A stretch of 60,779 nt of DNA, filler included. It is 5 parts of 5 records of this genome, joined end to end, with 100 filler letters (N's around TTAATTAATTAA, not from the genome) between each part and the next. Parts side by side here need not be neighbours in the genome. Positions count along the whole stretch, not along the records: positions 31,040 to 41,305 come from SRR31156797_2528; positions 41,406 to 51,573 come from SRR31156797_2542; 3 more parts are not named here. The stretch is one strand, 5' to 3'. Position 1 is the first letter of the stretch. Each line of letters begins with the position of its first letter. Positions 40,392 to 49,025 of this stretch are shown here, piece after piece. The position numbers and the translations under genes are program-made. The notes under the pieces are model-generated. The model searched no databases, was not told the origin of the DNA, and was given only the letters and a program-made list of their open reading frames with translations.

Positions 40392-41305
40392 GGATTCCAT
40401 AACCACAATCTTGACCATTGAGGATGAGGCCTCTGTGCGGATGAGTATGGCGGCCTATCTTGAGGATCACGGCTATAGGGTTCTCGAGGCGGAAAACGGA
40501 CGGGCCGGGATCGAGCTTGTCAGGGGTGGGTCCGTCGATCTCATCCTGGTGGATTTGCGCATGCCCGAGGTGGACGGTCTGGAAGTACTGTCCCTTGTGT
40601 CCGAAGAATCCCCCGGAACGCCGACCATCGTGGTTTCAGGAACAGGCGTCATCGGGGACGCCGTCGAGGCGTTGCATCGCGGTGCATGGGATTATGTCCT
40701 CAAACCCATAAAAAATATGGAAGTTCTCCTGCACGCCATCAGAAAGGCACTGGAAAGATCCAGGCTGTTGATGGAGAATCAGAGGCATCAGGAACGCCTC
40801 GAAGAACTGGTAAAGGCCCGAACCGCCGAACTTGAAAAGGAAATTGACGAGCGTAAGCAGGCCGAGGAGGCACTGCGCATTGAGCGGGACAACCTGGAAA
40901 CGATCACGCGAAACATGGGGGCGGGTCTTGCGGTCATCTCGAAGGATTATCGGACGGTGTGGGCCAATGAGGTTCTGAAGGAAACTTTTGGAAAAATTGA
41001 AGGGAAGACCTGCTTCGGGGCCTACAACCAGCGCGCCGGGATTTGTCCGGGATGCGGCGTTCGAGAGGTTTTTGAGAAAGGCAAAGAACAGGTTGTGCAT
41101 GAACAAGTGGGGAAGGACGCTAAAGGGCGAACCATCTGGTCGGAAATCATTTCAACGCCGATAAAAGACGCAAATGGAAACACGACCGCCGCACTGGAAC
41201 TTGTGGTGCCCATTACCGAACGAAAAAGGGCCGATGAGGATAAAAAGAAACTCCAGGCACAGCTCCAACAGGCCCAAAAAATGGAGGCCATCGGCACGTT
41301 GGCCG
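40384..41305 (+). CDS. Hybrid receiver-PAS-histidine kinase (3' truncated)
   Basis: LTIEDE, VDLRMPEVDG and LKP; PAS region with a CPGC motif; ends QAQKMEAIGTLA, just before the H-box, at the spacer. Confidence 0.88.
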
Positions 41306-41405
41306 NNNNNNNNNNNNNNNNNNNNNNNNNNNNNNNNNNNNNNNNNNNNTTAATTAATTAANNNNNNNNNNNNNNNNNNNNNNNNNNNNNNNNNNNNNNN
41401 NNNNN
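41306..41405. other. Artificial contig-joining spacer
   Basis: Same linker. Confidence 0.98.
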
Positions 41406-41728
41406 CGGTCTTTGTCCACTATGCCAAAGACGGTCTTAAGAATCTTATCTATCCCGGCTTTACTGTTGGAACTAGATATAATGTAAATGTTTTTCCTGTT
41501 ACAAAACTGTTTATTGGTTCCGGTCTGGCTTTTATTGCAGGTATCGATTATTTTTCAAAAGAAGATGAGGTTGATGCTTTTTTCTCTCCGGGATTTTATT
41601 TAAAACTAGGATCTGTTTTTCTCACGGGAAAATATCTTTCTCTTGGGCTGGAAACAGAATACATTTGGTCAATGACCCATCTAAATCATATTTTCTCTGT
41701 AAATTTCAGGATAGATCTTTTGTTATAA
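41406..41728 (+). CDS. C-terminal part of a putative outer-membrane beta-barrel protein (5' truncated)
   Basis: Open frame from 41408: VFVHYAKDGLKNLIYPGFTVGTRYNVN...PGFYLKLGSVF...LSLGLETEYIWSM...FSVNFRIDLLL*, with an alternating hydrophobic strand pattern. Not in the track. Confidence 0.55.
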
Positions 41729-41734
41729 AAAAGA

Positions 41735-42922
41735 TTAACGGTCAGTTTTAGTGACAATGGTTCTAATTCCATAGTGATCAGAAATAGAGTATTTCTTTGT
41801 TGTTTTATTCTCTTCATCTACAAGGGTGAACCTGTTAAGGAAGACTCTTTCAGAGAAAAACTCAAGATTTGTTTTTTTATTAAATATTATGTGGTCCGGA
41901 ACAGACTCTTTTTTTGCCTGAGACATTGGGTTTTCCGGGCAGACAGTACATTCAATATGATCATCTTCATCTACATCAAAATATGGGTCATACCATCCAT
42001 CAGCTTCGAAGAGACTTATTGGTCCCGGGTTGTTTTCAAGAATGTTCTCCCCTCCTTGTACGTTGCTTTGAAGATCGCCCATTACAACAGTGAGGTCTGC
42101 ATCTTTTGATTGAGCTACGTCCATTATTTCCTGAACCTGAAGAAGTTGCTCCTGAGCCCAACTTTCATTAATGCCTTCATATTCTTCTTTTTCTTTGCTC
42201 AAGCCCGTGCATATTACATGGATCATACCAAGACCTTCTTTGCTATCATCAGAAATGACAGCTGAAACAGCAACCTGTAATGTGCCTGTCGATGAAAGTT
42301 TTTCCAGCTTATATACTCCACTTTCAAAATGAAGTTTTGTAGCTAAGATCACACCATTTCTTCCTTCATTATCGTAAATGATCTCATCTTCCTGGGTGCA
42401 GTTTCCTAGCAGATCTGTAATGTCACCGGATATTCCGCCAATTCCTTCTCCCAACAGGCAGTTTCTGCAGTCAGCCGGCAATGCAAGCATTTCTCCCCAA
42501 CAGTTGGTAACAACACAGGTCGGGTCAGCATCTTCACTTAAACAGTTACTCATATAGCAAGCCATAACAGGAGCAAGATCGTTTTGTGAACAAGAAGGAG
42601 GGATGATCTGCGGCTCTTTGTTATCAGTTATAGAGTGGTTTACTCCGTAGCCTTTGTCATTTAAAGCCTTTTTAACATCTTTAACGTCTTCAGATGTCAA
42701 AACTCCCTGAATACAAACAATGTCAGAGTCTGCTTCAAGAAGAACTGTTTCAATTTTTTTGGCCCGCTCTTCATAAAGAGGAAGGTCATCAGTAAGATTC
42801 ATGTTGAAAGTTGTAAGAGATAATGTTTTGTCTCCTTTAGTAAATCCACCCAGGTCGTTGTCGCAACCTAGAAAGAAAAGGGAAACAAAAACAAGAAAAA
42901 AAACAAGGTGAAAGCTTTTCAT
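41735..42922 (-). CDS. Endonuclease/exonuclease/phosphatase (EEP) fold lipoprotein with Cys-rich insert
   Basis: Lipobox FLGC; TTFNMNL, DIVCIQG, VMGDLQS, PDHI and SDHYGI are EEP motifs, some degenerate. Confidence 0.75.
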   Translation of the reverse strand: MKSFHLVFFLVFVSLFFLGCDNDLGGFTKGDKTLSLTTFNMNLTDDLPLYEERAKKIETVLLEADSDIVCIQGVLTSEDVKDVKKALNDKGYGVNHSITDNKEPQIIPPSCSQNDLAPVMACYMSNCLSEDADPTCVVTNCWGEMLALPADCRNCLLGEGIGGISGDITDLLGNCTQEDEIIYDNEGRNGVILATKLHFESGVYKLEKLSSTGTLQVAVSAVISDDSKEGLGMIHVICTGLSKEKEEYEGINESWAQEQLLQVQEIMDVAQSKDADLTVVMGDLQSNVQGGENILENNPGPISLFEADGWYDPYFDVDEDDHIECTVCPENPMSQAKKESVPDHIIFNKKTNLEFFSERVFLNRFTLVDEENKTTKKYSISDHYGIRTIVTKTDR

Positions 42923-42937
42923 CACGGCCTCATATTT

Positions 42938-44680
42938 TTATTCATAGTAAAGTGCACGAACGATCTCGTTGAAAGTAGTAACACCGTCAGCGAGTTTTCT
43001 GATAGCAGACTCCCTTAAAGTCATCATTCCATCAAGGATTGCGTTGTTTCTAAGTTCGTCAGTTGTTGCTTGAGAAGAGATAAGTCCTCTCATTTTTGGA
43101 GTTATAGGCATAAACTCAATTATTGCTGTTCTGCCTTTAAACCCTGTATATCTGCATTTGACACAGCCTTCAGAATCTCGAATTCTATAGTTGTTATCAA
43201 CAGGCAGGTTTAAGGTGATCTTTTCTTCTTCGCTCATATCTCTTTCGTAAGAACAATGTGGACAGACTTTTCTTACAAGTCTTTGTGCAACGATCGCGTT
43301 TATTACACTGGCAACCATGAATGGCTCAACATCAAGTTCCCTAAACCTTTCAATGGTCGTTGCCGTATCGTTTGTGTGTAGTGTGGAGATCACCAGGTGT
43401 CCTGTCAGCGCCGCCTGAACAGCATTCGCCGCGGTCTCTTTGTCTCTGATCTCTCCTATCATTACAATGTCCGGATCCTGTCTGAGTATATGCTTTAAAG
43501 AGCTTGAGAAGGTAATTCCGGCTCTGTTGTTCACACCCATCTGATTGATTTCATCGATAACGATCTCTATGGGATCTTCGACAGATATGATGTTGATCTC
43601 TGGAGATGCCATATTTTTTAGTGTTGAATATAGCGTGGTGGTTTTTCCGCTTCCGGTAGGCCCTGTGACAAGAACCATTCCATACTCTTTTTTAAGAGCA
43701 GTTTCGAACATCTTTTCCTGTTCGGGAGAAAACCCGATTTTAGAGATTCCTTTAATGAAAGCACCAGCTTCCAGAATTCTAAGAACCATTTTCTCGCCAG
43801 TTACAACAGGTACCGTGCTTGCTCTAAGTTCAACCTCTATTCCCGTTTCAGTGACAACTTTAATTCTTCCATCCTGAGGTCTTCTTTTTTCTGCTATATC
43901 CATTTTAGCGAGCATTTTTAATCTGCTGAGAAAAGGGAGGTGAGCTTCAAATGGAAAGCTGTAGATAGTATGAAGAAGTCCGTCCAGTCTAAATCGGATC
44001 AAAGTCTGATCTCTTTTCGGTTCAATATGAATATCGCTTGCACCTTGATCTATAGCGTATTTAAGCATATAGTCTACAGCATTAATAATATGCTTGTCAT
44101 CCATGTTCTTTGCCTGGCCGAGATCTGTCAGGTTTTCAAGATTATTGATGCCGTCTTTTGATCTGTCCTCGGCTGCTGCTTTAATAGACTTCTTAAATCC
44201 GAAAAGATCACTGATTATATCTTCAATGCTTTTTGCAGAGGATACTACAGGTACGATCTCGCAGGAGGTCGTGCTGCCAAGCTGATCAATTATGTCCATC
44301 CTAAAAGGATTTGCCATTGCTAGACGAATAACTCCATCCTTTTTGCTTAGTGGAAGGACTCTATTTATTCTCCCGTAGGATGCACTAATGGTTTTAACTG
44401 TCATCTGTGAATCGATCTTTAAGGGGTCAATAACGTGATAGTCACAACCTGCTCGGGCCGCGATCAGTTTGAGAAGCTGTTCTTCTTCAAGATCTATTTT
44501 TTCCTTTTCACAGATGAAAAGTAAAAGGTCTGTAATAAAAGCAGACCTTTTATAGGTGTTCTCATACATCGAGTTATAGTAATCTTTTTTTGCAGAGATC
44601 ACCTTTTTCTGGTGGTTTGTTAATACGGAATATTCTTCAAGAATATCAAGAAGTAACGGTAGCCCAAGCTCTAGTTTCAT
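42938..44680 (-). CDS. GspE/PilB family secretion/pilus assembly ATPase
   Basis: ASDIHIEP, DIAEKRRPQDG, Walker A GPTGSGKTTT, EDPIE, RQDPD, GEIRD, TGHLVISTLH and CxxC zinc motifs. Confidence 0.93.
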   Translation of the reverse strand: MKLELGLPLLLDILEEYSVLTNHQKKVISAKKDYYNSMYENTYKRSAFITDLLLFICEKEKIDLEEEQLLKLIAARAGCDYHVIDPLKIDSQMTVKTISASYGRINRVLPLSKKDGVIRLAMANPFRMDIIDQLGSTTSCEIVPVVSSAKSIEDIISDLFGFKKSIKAAAEDRSKDGINNLENLTDLGQAKNMDDKHIINAVDYMLKYAIDQGASDIHIEPKRDQTLIRFRLDGLLHTIYSFPFEAHLPFLSRLKMLAKMDIAEKRRPQDGRIKVVTETGIEVELRASTVPVVTGEKMVLRILEAGAFIKGISKIGFSPEQEKMFETALKKEYGMVLVTGPTGSGKTTTLYSTLKNMASPEINIISVEDPIEIVIDEINQMGVNNRAGITFSSSLKHILRQDPDIVMIGEIRDKETAANAVQAALTGHLVISTLHTNDTATTIERFRELDVEPFMVASVINAIVAQRLVRKVCPHCSYERDMSEEEKITLNLPVDNNYRIRDSEGCVKCRYTGFKGRTAIIEFMPITPKMRGLISSQATTDELRNNAILDGMMTLRESAIRKLADGVTTFNEIVRALYYE

Positions 44681-46428
44681 TAACTAGCGTCCTCTTCATT
44701 GTTATCAAAATCACTCATTGCCTCACTAATTTTTTTGAGGATTTGAGAGTTCTTGTCATTAGCAGTCTTGAGCTCGTTAAGTTCAGCGGTTGCCTTTTCA
44801 AGCTCATCTTTGCTTTCCTGTATGCTTTTCTCGAACTTTTCACTTTGTTCCAGAATGTTTTTCTCAAATTCTTCTTTCTTTTCAGAAGCTGCTTTTTCAA
44901 GTTCTTCTGTTTTTGCTTTCAGCTCTTCATTTTCAGCTGTAATATTTTCAAGCATTTCAAGCTTTTCTGCATTTTTATCAAGCTCATCATTTAAGTCCTT
45001 AACACGGTCTCTCTTTTCAATAAGCTTTTCTTCGATTTCATTCTTTTCTTTCTGGACAACTTCAAATTGCTCAGCTATTTCTGCACTTTGAGCCACAGTT
45101 TCCTGAAGCTCTTCGACTTCGCTCTTAAGGTCTTCAATTTCAGAGTCTTTTTCTTCCGTTGCTTTTTCCATTTCAGCCATGCTTGTTGAAAGAGCAGCCT
45201 TATCAATGTCGAGCTTCTGTTTGGCAGCCATTATCTCTTCGTTCTCTTTTTGGAGGTCAGAGATCTTCGCGTCATATTCTTCAGTGATTTCCGCCGTTTT
45301 GTCTTCCAGGTCTTTTTTAAGGCCTTCGATCTCTGTTTTTGAAGATTCCTGAAGTTCAGCAAGCTCTTCCTGAGCTTTTTCCATTTTTTCAACTGACTCT
45401 GCTTTTTCTTTAGTAGAAGATTCCACTTCACTCTCAACTTTTCGAACTCTTTCTTTCATTTCCTTGTTGTAGACAGAAAGCACATCGTTTTGATCTTTAA
45501 GGTCACTTACTTTTTCTTTAAGAGCCTGAATTTCCTCACTGTCACCCTGCGATTTTGATTCTTCCAGATCTTTAAGCTCTTTTTTAAGTGTTTCATTCTT
45601 TTCTTTGAGCTCTTCAATGTCGTCAGTGAACATTCCAACACTTGCCTCGAGCTTTTCCGACTTCGTTTTGATCTCATCTCTATCTTTTGTCACTGTTGCA
45701 AGTTCAGTTTGAATTTTTTCCAACTCTTCGCTGTTTGCTGAGTTTTCAGATATAGAACTTTCTATTTCAACGATCTTTTCTTCAAGCTCCTGAACCTGAA
45801 ATCCCTTTTGGGCCACAGCATCTTTAAGTTCTCCGTTTTCCACTTGAAGTTTCTCAAGATTTTCTGAAAGGTCAGTGTTAAGTATTGCAAGACCTTCATT
45901 TTCTTTTTTCAACTCATCAGTGTTTTCTGAAGGAGGAGCTTCTGTTTTAGATGAAAGCTTTTCCTCAAGGTCTGCTATCTTTTTCTGAAGTTCTTCAACT
46001 ATCGCATTATTTTCACTTGACTCTTGTGCAACAGGAGCATCGCCCATGTCTTCAAGAAAAGGATAGATCGCATGAGTTACTGCAAGAATTGTCTCATTAT
46101 CAACAGGGATATTCAGATAATAATCTGCCTTGTAATCAAACTGGCGGTGTCTATCAAAAACATCTTCGGTAGCATCGCTTGAAGTTATAAGTATTGGAGT
46201 GTTTGAATACTCCTGTATCTCTCTGATCTTTTTACAGAGCATAAAGCCTTTCATGCCCGGGTTTTCAACCCTGATAATAAAAACGTCTATATTGTTCTTC
46301 CCGATAATTTCCTGAACCTGTTCTTCTGAACTAGTAAGGAATACATTGAAATCGTAATCAGAAAAGAGTGATTCCAAGGTCTTTGCCATTTTTGTGTCAG
46401 CTTCGTAAGCAAGAAGATTTCTGCTCAT
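44680..46428 (-). CDS. FrzS/AglZ-like pseudo-receiver plus long coiled-coil protein
   Basis: Receiver fold with the phospho-acceptor Asp replaced (IIRVENP), GFMLCKKI and HRQ...ADYY; about 440 aa of Glu/Lys-rich heptads follow. Confidence 0.7.
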   Translation of the reverse strand: MSRNLLAYEADTKMAKTLESLFSDYDFNVFLTSSEEQVQEIIGKNNIDVFIIRVENPGMKGFMLCKKIREIQEYSNTPILITSSDATEDVFDRHRQFDYKADYYLNIPVDNETILAVTHAIYPFLEDMGDAPVAQESSENNAIVEELQKKIADLEEKLSSKTEAPPSENTDELKKENEGLAILNTDLSENLEKLQVENGELKDAVAQKGFQVQELEEKIVEIESSISENSANSEELEKIQTELATVTKDRDEIKTKSEKLEASVGMFTDDIEELKEKNETLKKELKDLEESKSQGDSEEIQALKEKVSDLKDQNDVLSVYNKEMKERVRKVESEVESSTKEKAESVEKMEKAQEELAELQESSKTEIEGLKKDLEDKTAEITEEYDAKISDLQKENEEIMAAKQKLDIDKAALSTSMAEMEKATEEKDSEIEDLKSEVEELQETVAQSAEIAEQFEVVQKEKNEIEEKLIEKRDRVKDLNDELDKNAEKLEMLENITAENEELKAKTEELEKAASEKKEEFEKNILEQSEKFEKSIQESKDELEKATAELNELKTANDKNSQILKKISEAMSDFDNNEEDAS

Positions 46429-46447
46429 AACGTTCCTCTAATTTATT

Positions 46448-46921
46448 TCAGTTTATAAGTCTAGATAATGTCTTTTTTACAGTTTTTATTGAGTCAAGAC
46501 CATTGTCTCGAAGTATTTTTAAAAACTTAGGTCCACCCATTTTCAATATCTTTAAGTATCCATAAGCTACTATCTTTAACAGTCCGATATGTATGCTGAT
46601 CTCAGTATGATCTCTTGTTTCCGGATCCATCATTACTTCAATAGCGTTATCAAGAAAATCCTGAGGGTTGTCATGAAAGTCTTCAAGGACGTTTATGGCT
46701 GCAGAGTGTGGAAGGGTGAGGGTGATATCCGGTTTGTGTCCTGAAAGGAATTTTGAAGCGTATATTTTTCCTCTACTTTGGTGGATGAGAACGTCTTCAG
46801 GCAGATCTGTTGCGATCCTGATAGAAGCCTTTGAAGAAAAAGAAAGAAAAGTTTCCTGCGCCCCTTTATTTTCCTTTAAATATGTTCCAATATTCTGTTT
46901 CATTTCATCCCATAGCACCAA
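46448..46921 (-). CDS. Hypothetical protein (weak SCP2-like PDITLTL motif)
   Basis: 157-aa ORF packed into the minus-strand gene string. Confidence 0.55.
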   Translation of the reverse strand: MVLWDEMKQNIGTYLKENKGAQETFLSFSSKASIRIATDLPEDVLIHQSRGKIYASKFLSGHKPDITLTLPHSAAINVLEDFHDNPQDFLDNAIEVMMDPETRDHTEISIHIGLLKIVAYGYLKILKMGGPKFLKILRDNGLDSIKTVKKTLSRLIN

Positions 46922-46964
46922 AGATGAGAATTTTTACCATAGGGGCTGTCTTTTTGCAAGGAAA

Positions 46965-47768
46965 TTAAGAGTTTCGGGTAGACAGGATCGCCCTTTTTAT
47001 TTCATTTTTATTAGTTTTTGGATAGATCTTAGACGCAAGTGTCAGTGCATCTTTGGAGCTTATTTGGTATTTCTTAATAAAATCAATAACATCAGAGTCA
47101 ATGTAAAAAGGTTTTTCCTCTTCCAAGGCTGGTTCTGCAACAACGGTAAACTCTCCTTTTTCAGTGATTTTTTCCCCTGAATATTCAAAGATCTCCTCAA
47201 ACTGTTTTGTCAGCTCTCTTCCGACAACTGCTCGCGACTTTCTCATTTTAAGCATTTCAAGAAGGTTTGATACCCTGTTAGGGGATTCATAAAAAACAAC
47301 GGGGATACCTTTTGAAAGTAAAGAGTCAAGTTTGTCCTCACGTGCTTTTCCTTTTGATGGAAGAAATCCGGCAAAAAGATAAGAGTCACCAAGTGATCCT
47401 GAACATGAAAAAGCAGCAGCTGCGGCACTAGGTCCCGGAATTGGAAGAACCTTCAGTTTCTGGTCAAGAGCCTCTCTGACAAGATGTTTCCCGGGATCGC
47501 TCACTGCGGGAGTTCCCGCATCACTTATCATTGCAATGTTCTGTCCATCTTTTAGTGATTCAATGTGGGTATCTATAGAGCTTTTTTCATTAAACTTATG
47601 ATAAGGATACATTTTCTTTTTAACACAGATCAGGTTAAGAAGTCTGCCGGAAACCCTAGTATCTTCTGCAATAATGTAGTCTACCATTTTCAGTGTTTCA
47701 ACTGCTCTTGAAGAAATGTCAGACATATTTCCAATTGGTGTAGCAACGACAAAAAGAGTACCGCTCAT
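46965..47768 (-). CDS. rsmI: 16S rRNA (cytidine1402-2'-O)-methyltransferase
   Basis: LFVVATPIGN, AEDTR, SDAGTPAVSDPG, GFLP, YESPNR, RELTK and KGEF motifs. Confidence 0.95.
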   Translation of the reverse strand: MSGTLFVVATPIGNMSDISSRAVETLKMVDYIIAEDTRVSGRLLNLICVKKKMYPYHKFNEKSSIDTHIESLKDGQNIAMISDAGTPAVSDPGKHLVREALDQKLKVLPIPGPSAAAAAFSCSGSLGDSYLFAGFLPSKGKAREDKLDSLLSKGIPVVFYESPNRVSNLLEMLKMRKSRAVVGRELTKQFEEIFEYSGEKITEKGEFTVVAEPALEEEKPFYIDSDVIDFIKKYQISSKDALTLASKIYPKTNKNEIKRAILSTRNS

Positions 47769-47810
47769 AAATTTCTCCCTGAAAAAACTTGAAACAGTAT
47801 AATGCGAAAA

Positions 47811-48194
47811 TCAATTTACATCAAATGCTGCTTCAAGATAGTCTATATCCCAACCCCCGGAAGGGCTTTTAATGAGTGCTGCGACATCGAATCTTATGTT
47901 AAATGTCTGAAGACAAACTCGTTTTTCCTGAATATAAAAAAGAGCTGTTTTGATAATGTGTCTGATCTTTGAAGGGCCGATCGTTTCCATTGGAGTTCCA
48001 CCATCCCAGAACTGTCTCTCCCAGCTTCTGACCTCAACAAAAACAATAGAGTCATCTTTCTGAGCAATAATGTCGATCTCGCCACCTCGAATGTAGTAGT
48101 TTCTATCAAGAATGATATATCCCTGCTCTTTTAACCAGTTAGCAGTAAAAAGTTCAGCTTGAGCTCCATATTCTCGGGTGTTTTGTGATGGCAC
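47811..48194 (-). CDS. yraN: YraN/UPF0102 family protein
   Basis: GAQAE...GYIILDRNY...GEIDIIA...VFVEVR...RFDV...YLEAAF. Confidence 0.9.
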   Translation of the reverse strand: MPSQNTREYGAQAELFTANWLKEQGYIILDRNYYIRGGEIDIIAQKDDSIVFVEVRSWERQFWDGGTPMETIGPSKIRHIIKTALFYIQEKRVCLQTFNIRFDVAALIKSPSGGWDIDYLEAAFDVN

Positions 48195-48262
48195 GGGCTT
48201 CTCCGTAATTCAAATTAGAGATATCGTAGTTTAAATTAAGTCGGTGGTCAAGAAAAGAGAGG

Positions 48263-48721
48263 CTATCGTCCAGCGTCTTTCATAAGTCTGGCTACATCGC
48301 GTTTTACATCCTTTGCTTTAATATCATGGCGCTTATCAAAAGATGTTTTTCCGCGAGCAAGACCTATGCGAAGTTTTGCCTTGCCGTTTTTTAGATATAT
48401 TTCTATTGGAACGACAGTAAGTCCTCGTTCTTTCACTTTTGAATCCCATTTTCGGATCTCTCTTTTATTTAAAAGGAGTTTTCTTTTGCGATTCTCATCA
48501 TGATTCCACCTGTTTCCGGCAGTATAAGGAGCAATGTGAAATCCAACGAACCATGCTTCAAGTTTTACTATGTCAATAAAGCTGTCACGAAAAGAAACTT
48601 TTCCATCACGAACAGATTTGATCTCGGTGCCGACAAGTGCGATCCCTGCATCAAGCTTATCGATGATTTCGTATGTTCTGAATATCTTTTTATTTCTTGC
48701 AATAACTTTTACTTTTTCCAT
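48263..48721 (-). CDS. smpB: SsrA-binding protein
   Basis: NKK, AGIALVGTEIKSVR, RKLLLNKREI and GLARGK..FDKR motifs. Confidence 0.95.
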   Translation of the reverse strand: MEKVKVIARNKKIFRTYEIIDKLDAGIALVGTEIKSVRDGKVSFRDSFIDIVKLEAWFVGFHIAPYTAGNRWNHDENRKRKLLLNKREIRKWDSKVKERGLTVVPIEIYLKNGKAKLRIGLARGKTSFDKRHDIKAKDVKRDVARLMKDAGR

Positions 48722-48780
48722 AAAGCCTCAAATAACAACGTTAGACCTGCCGAGTATATTCAAAAAAGTGTAAATTTGTA

Positions 48781-48921
48781 GAAAACCCGAAAAGATCAGG
48801 ATTTCAGGAATAAAATAATCTCCAACGGTGTTTGTAACTACAGAAACACGAGCCGTTCGGCAGAGTCCTTTTCTTATCACGCCAAAACTCCACACATCAA
48901 TCCCCCGCTCAGGGGGTTTTC
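48781..48921. ncRNA. Candidate structured RNA (long rod with central bubble), family unassigned
   Basis: Nested complementary blocks GAAAACCC/GGGTTTTC, GGATT/AATCC, CCAACGG/CCGTTCGG and GTGTTT/AAACAC in the intergenic region upstream of smpB. Confidence 0.35.
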
Positions 48922-49025
48922 TTTGTATTTTTTGGGTGGTATGTTGAGGAAATTTATTTGCAATTCGGGTGGTGAGGAGTATGTTTTTGTGAGTGAGAAA
49001 TATAACCAATATTTAAGGTAGAAAA

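Noticed and set aside
48722-49025. tmRNA next to smpB, and the 93-aa track ORF 48728-49009
   Set aside because: No tRNA-Ala-like 5' and 3' ends or tag reading frame were found, and the space is short. The ORF has no recognisable features and overlaps the structured region.
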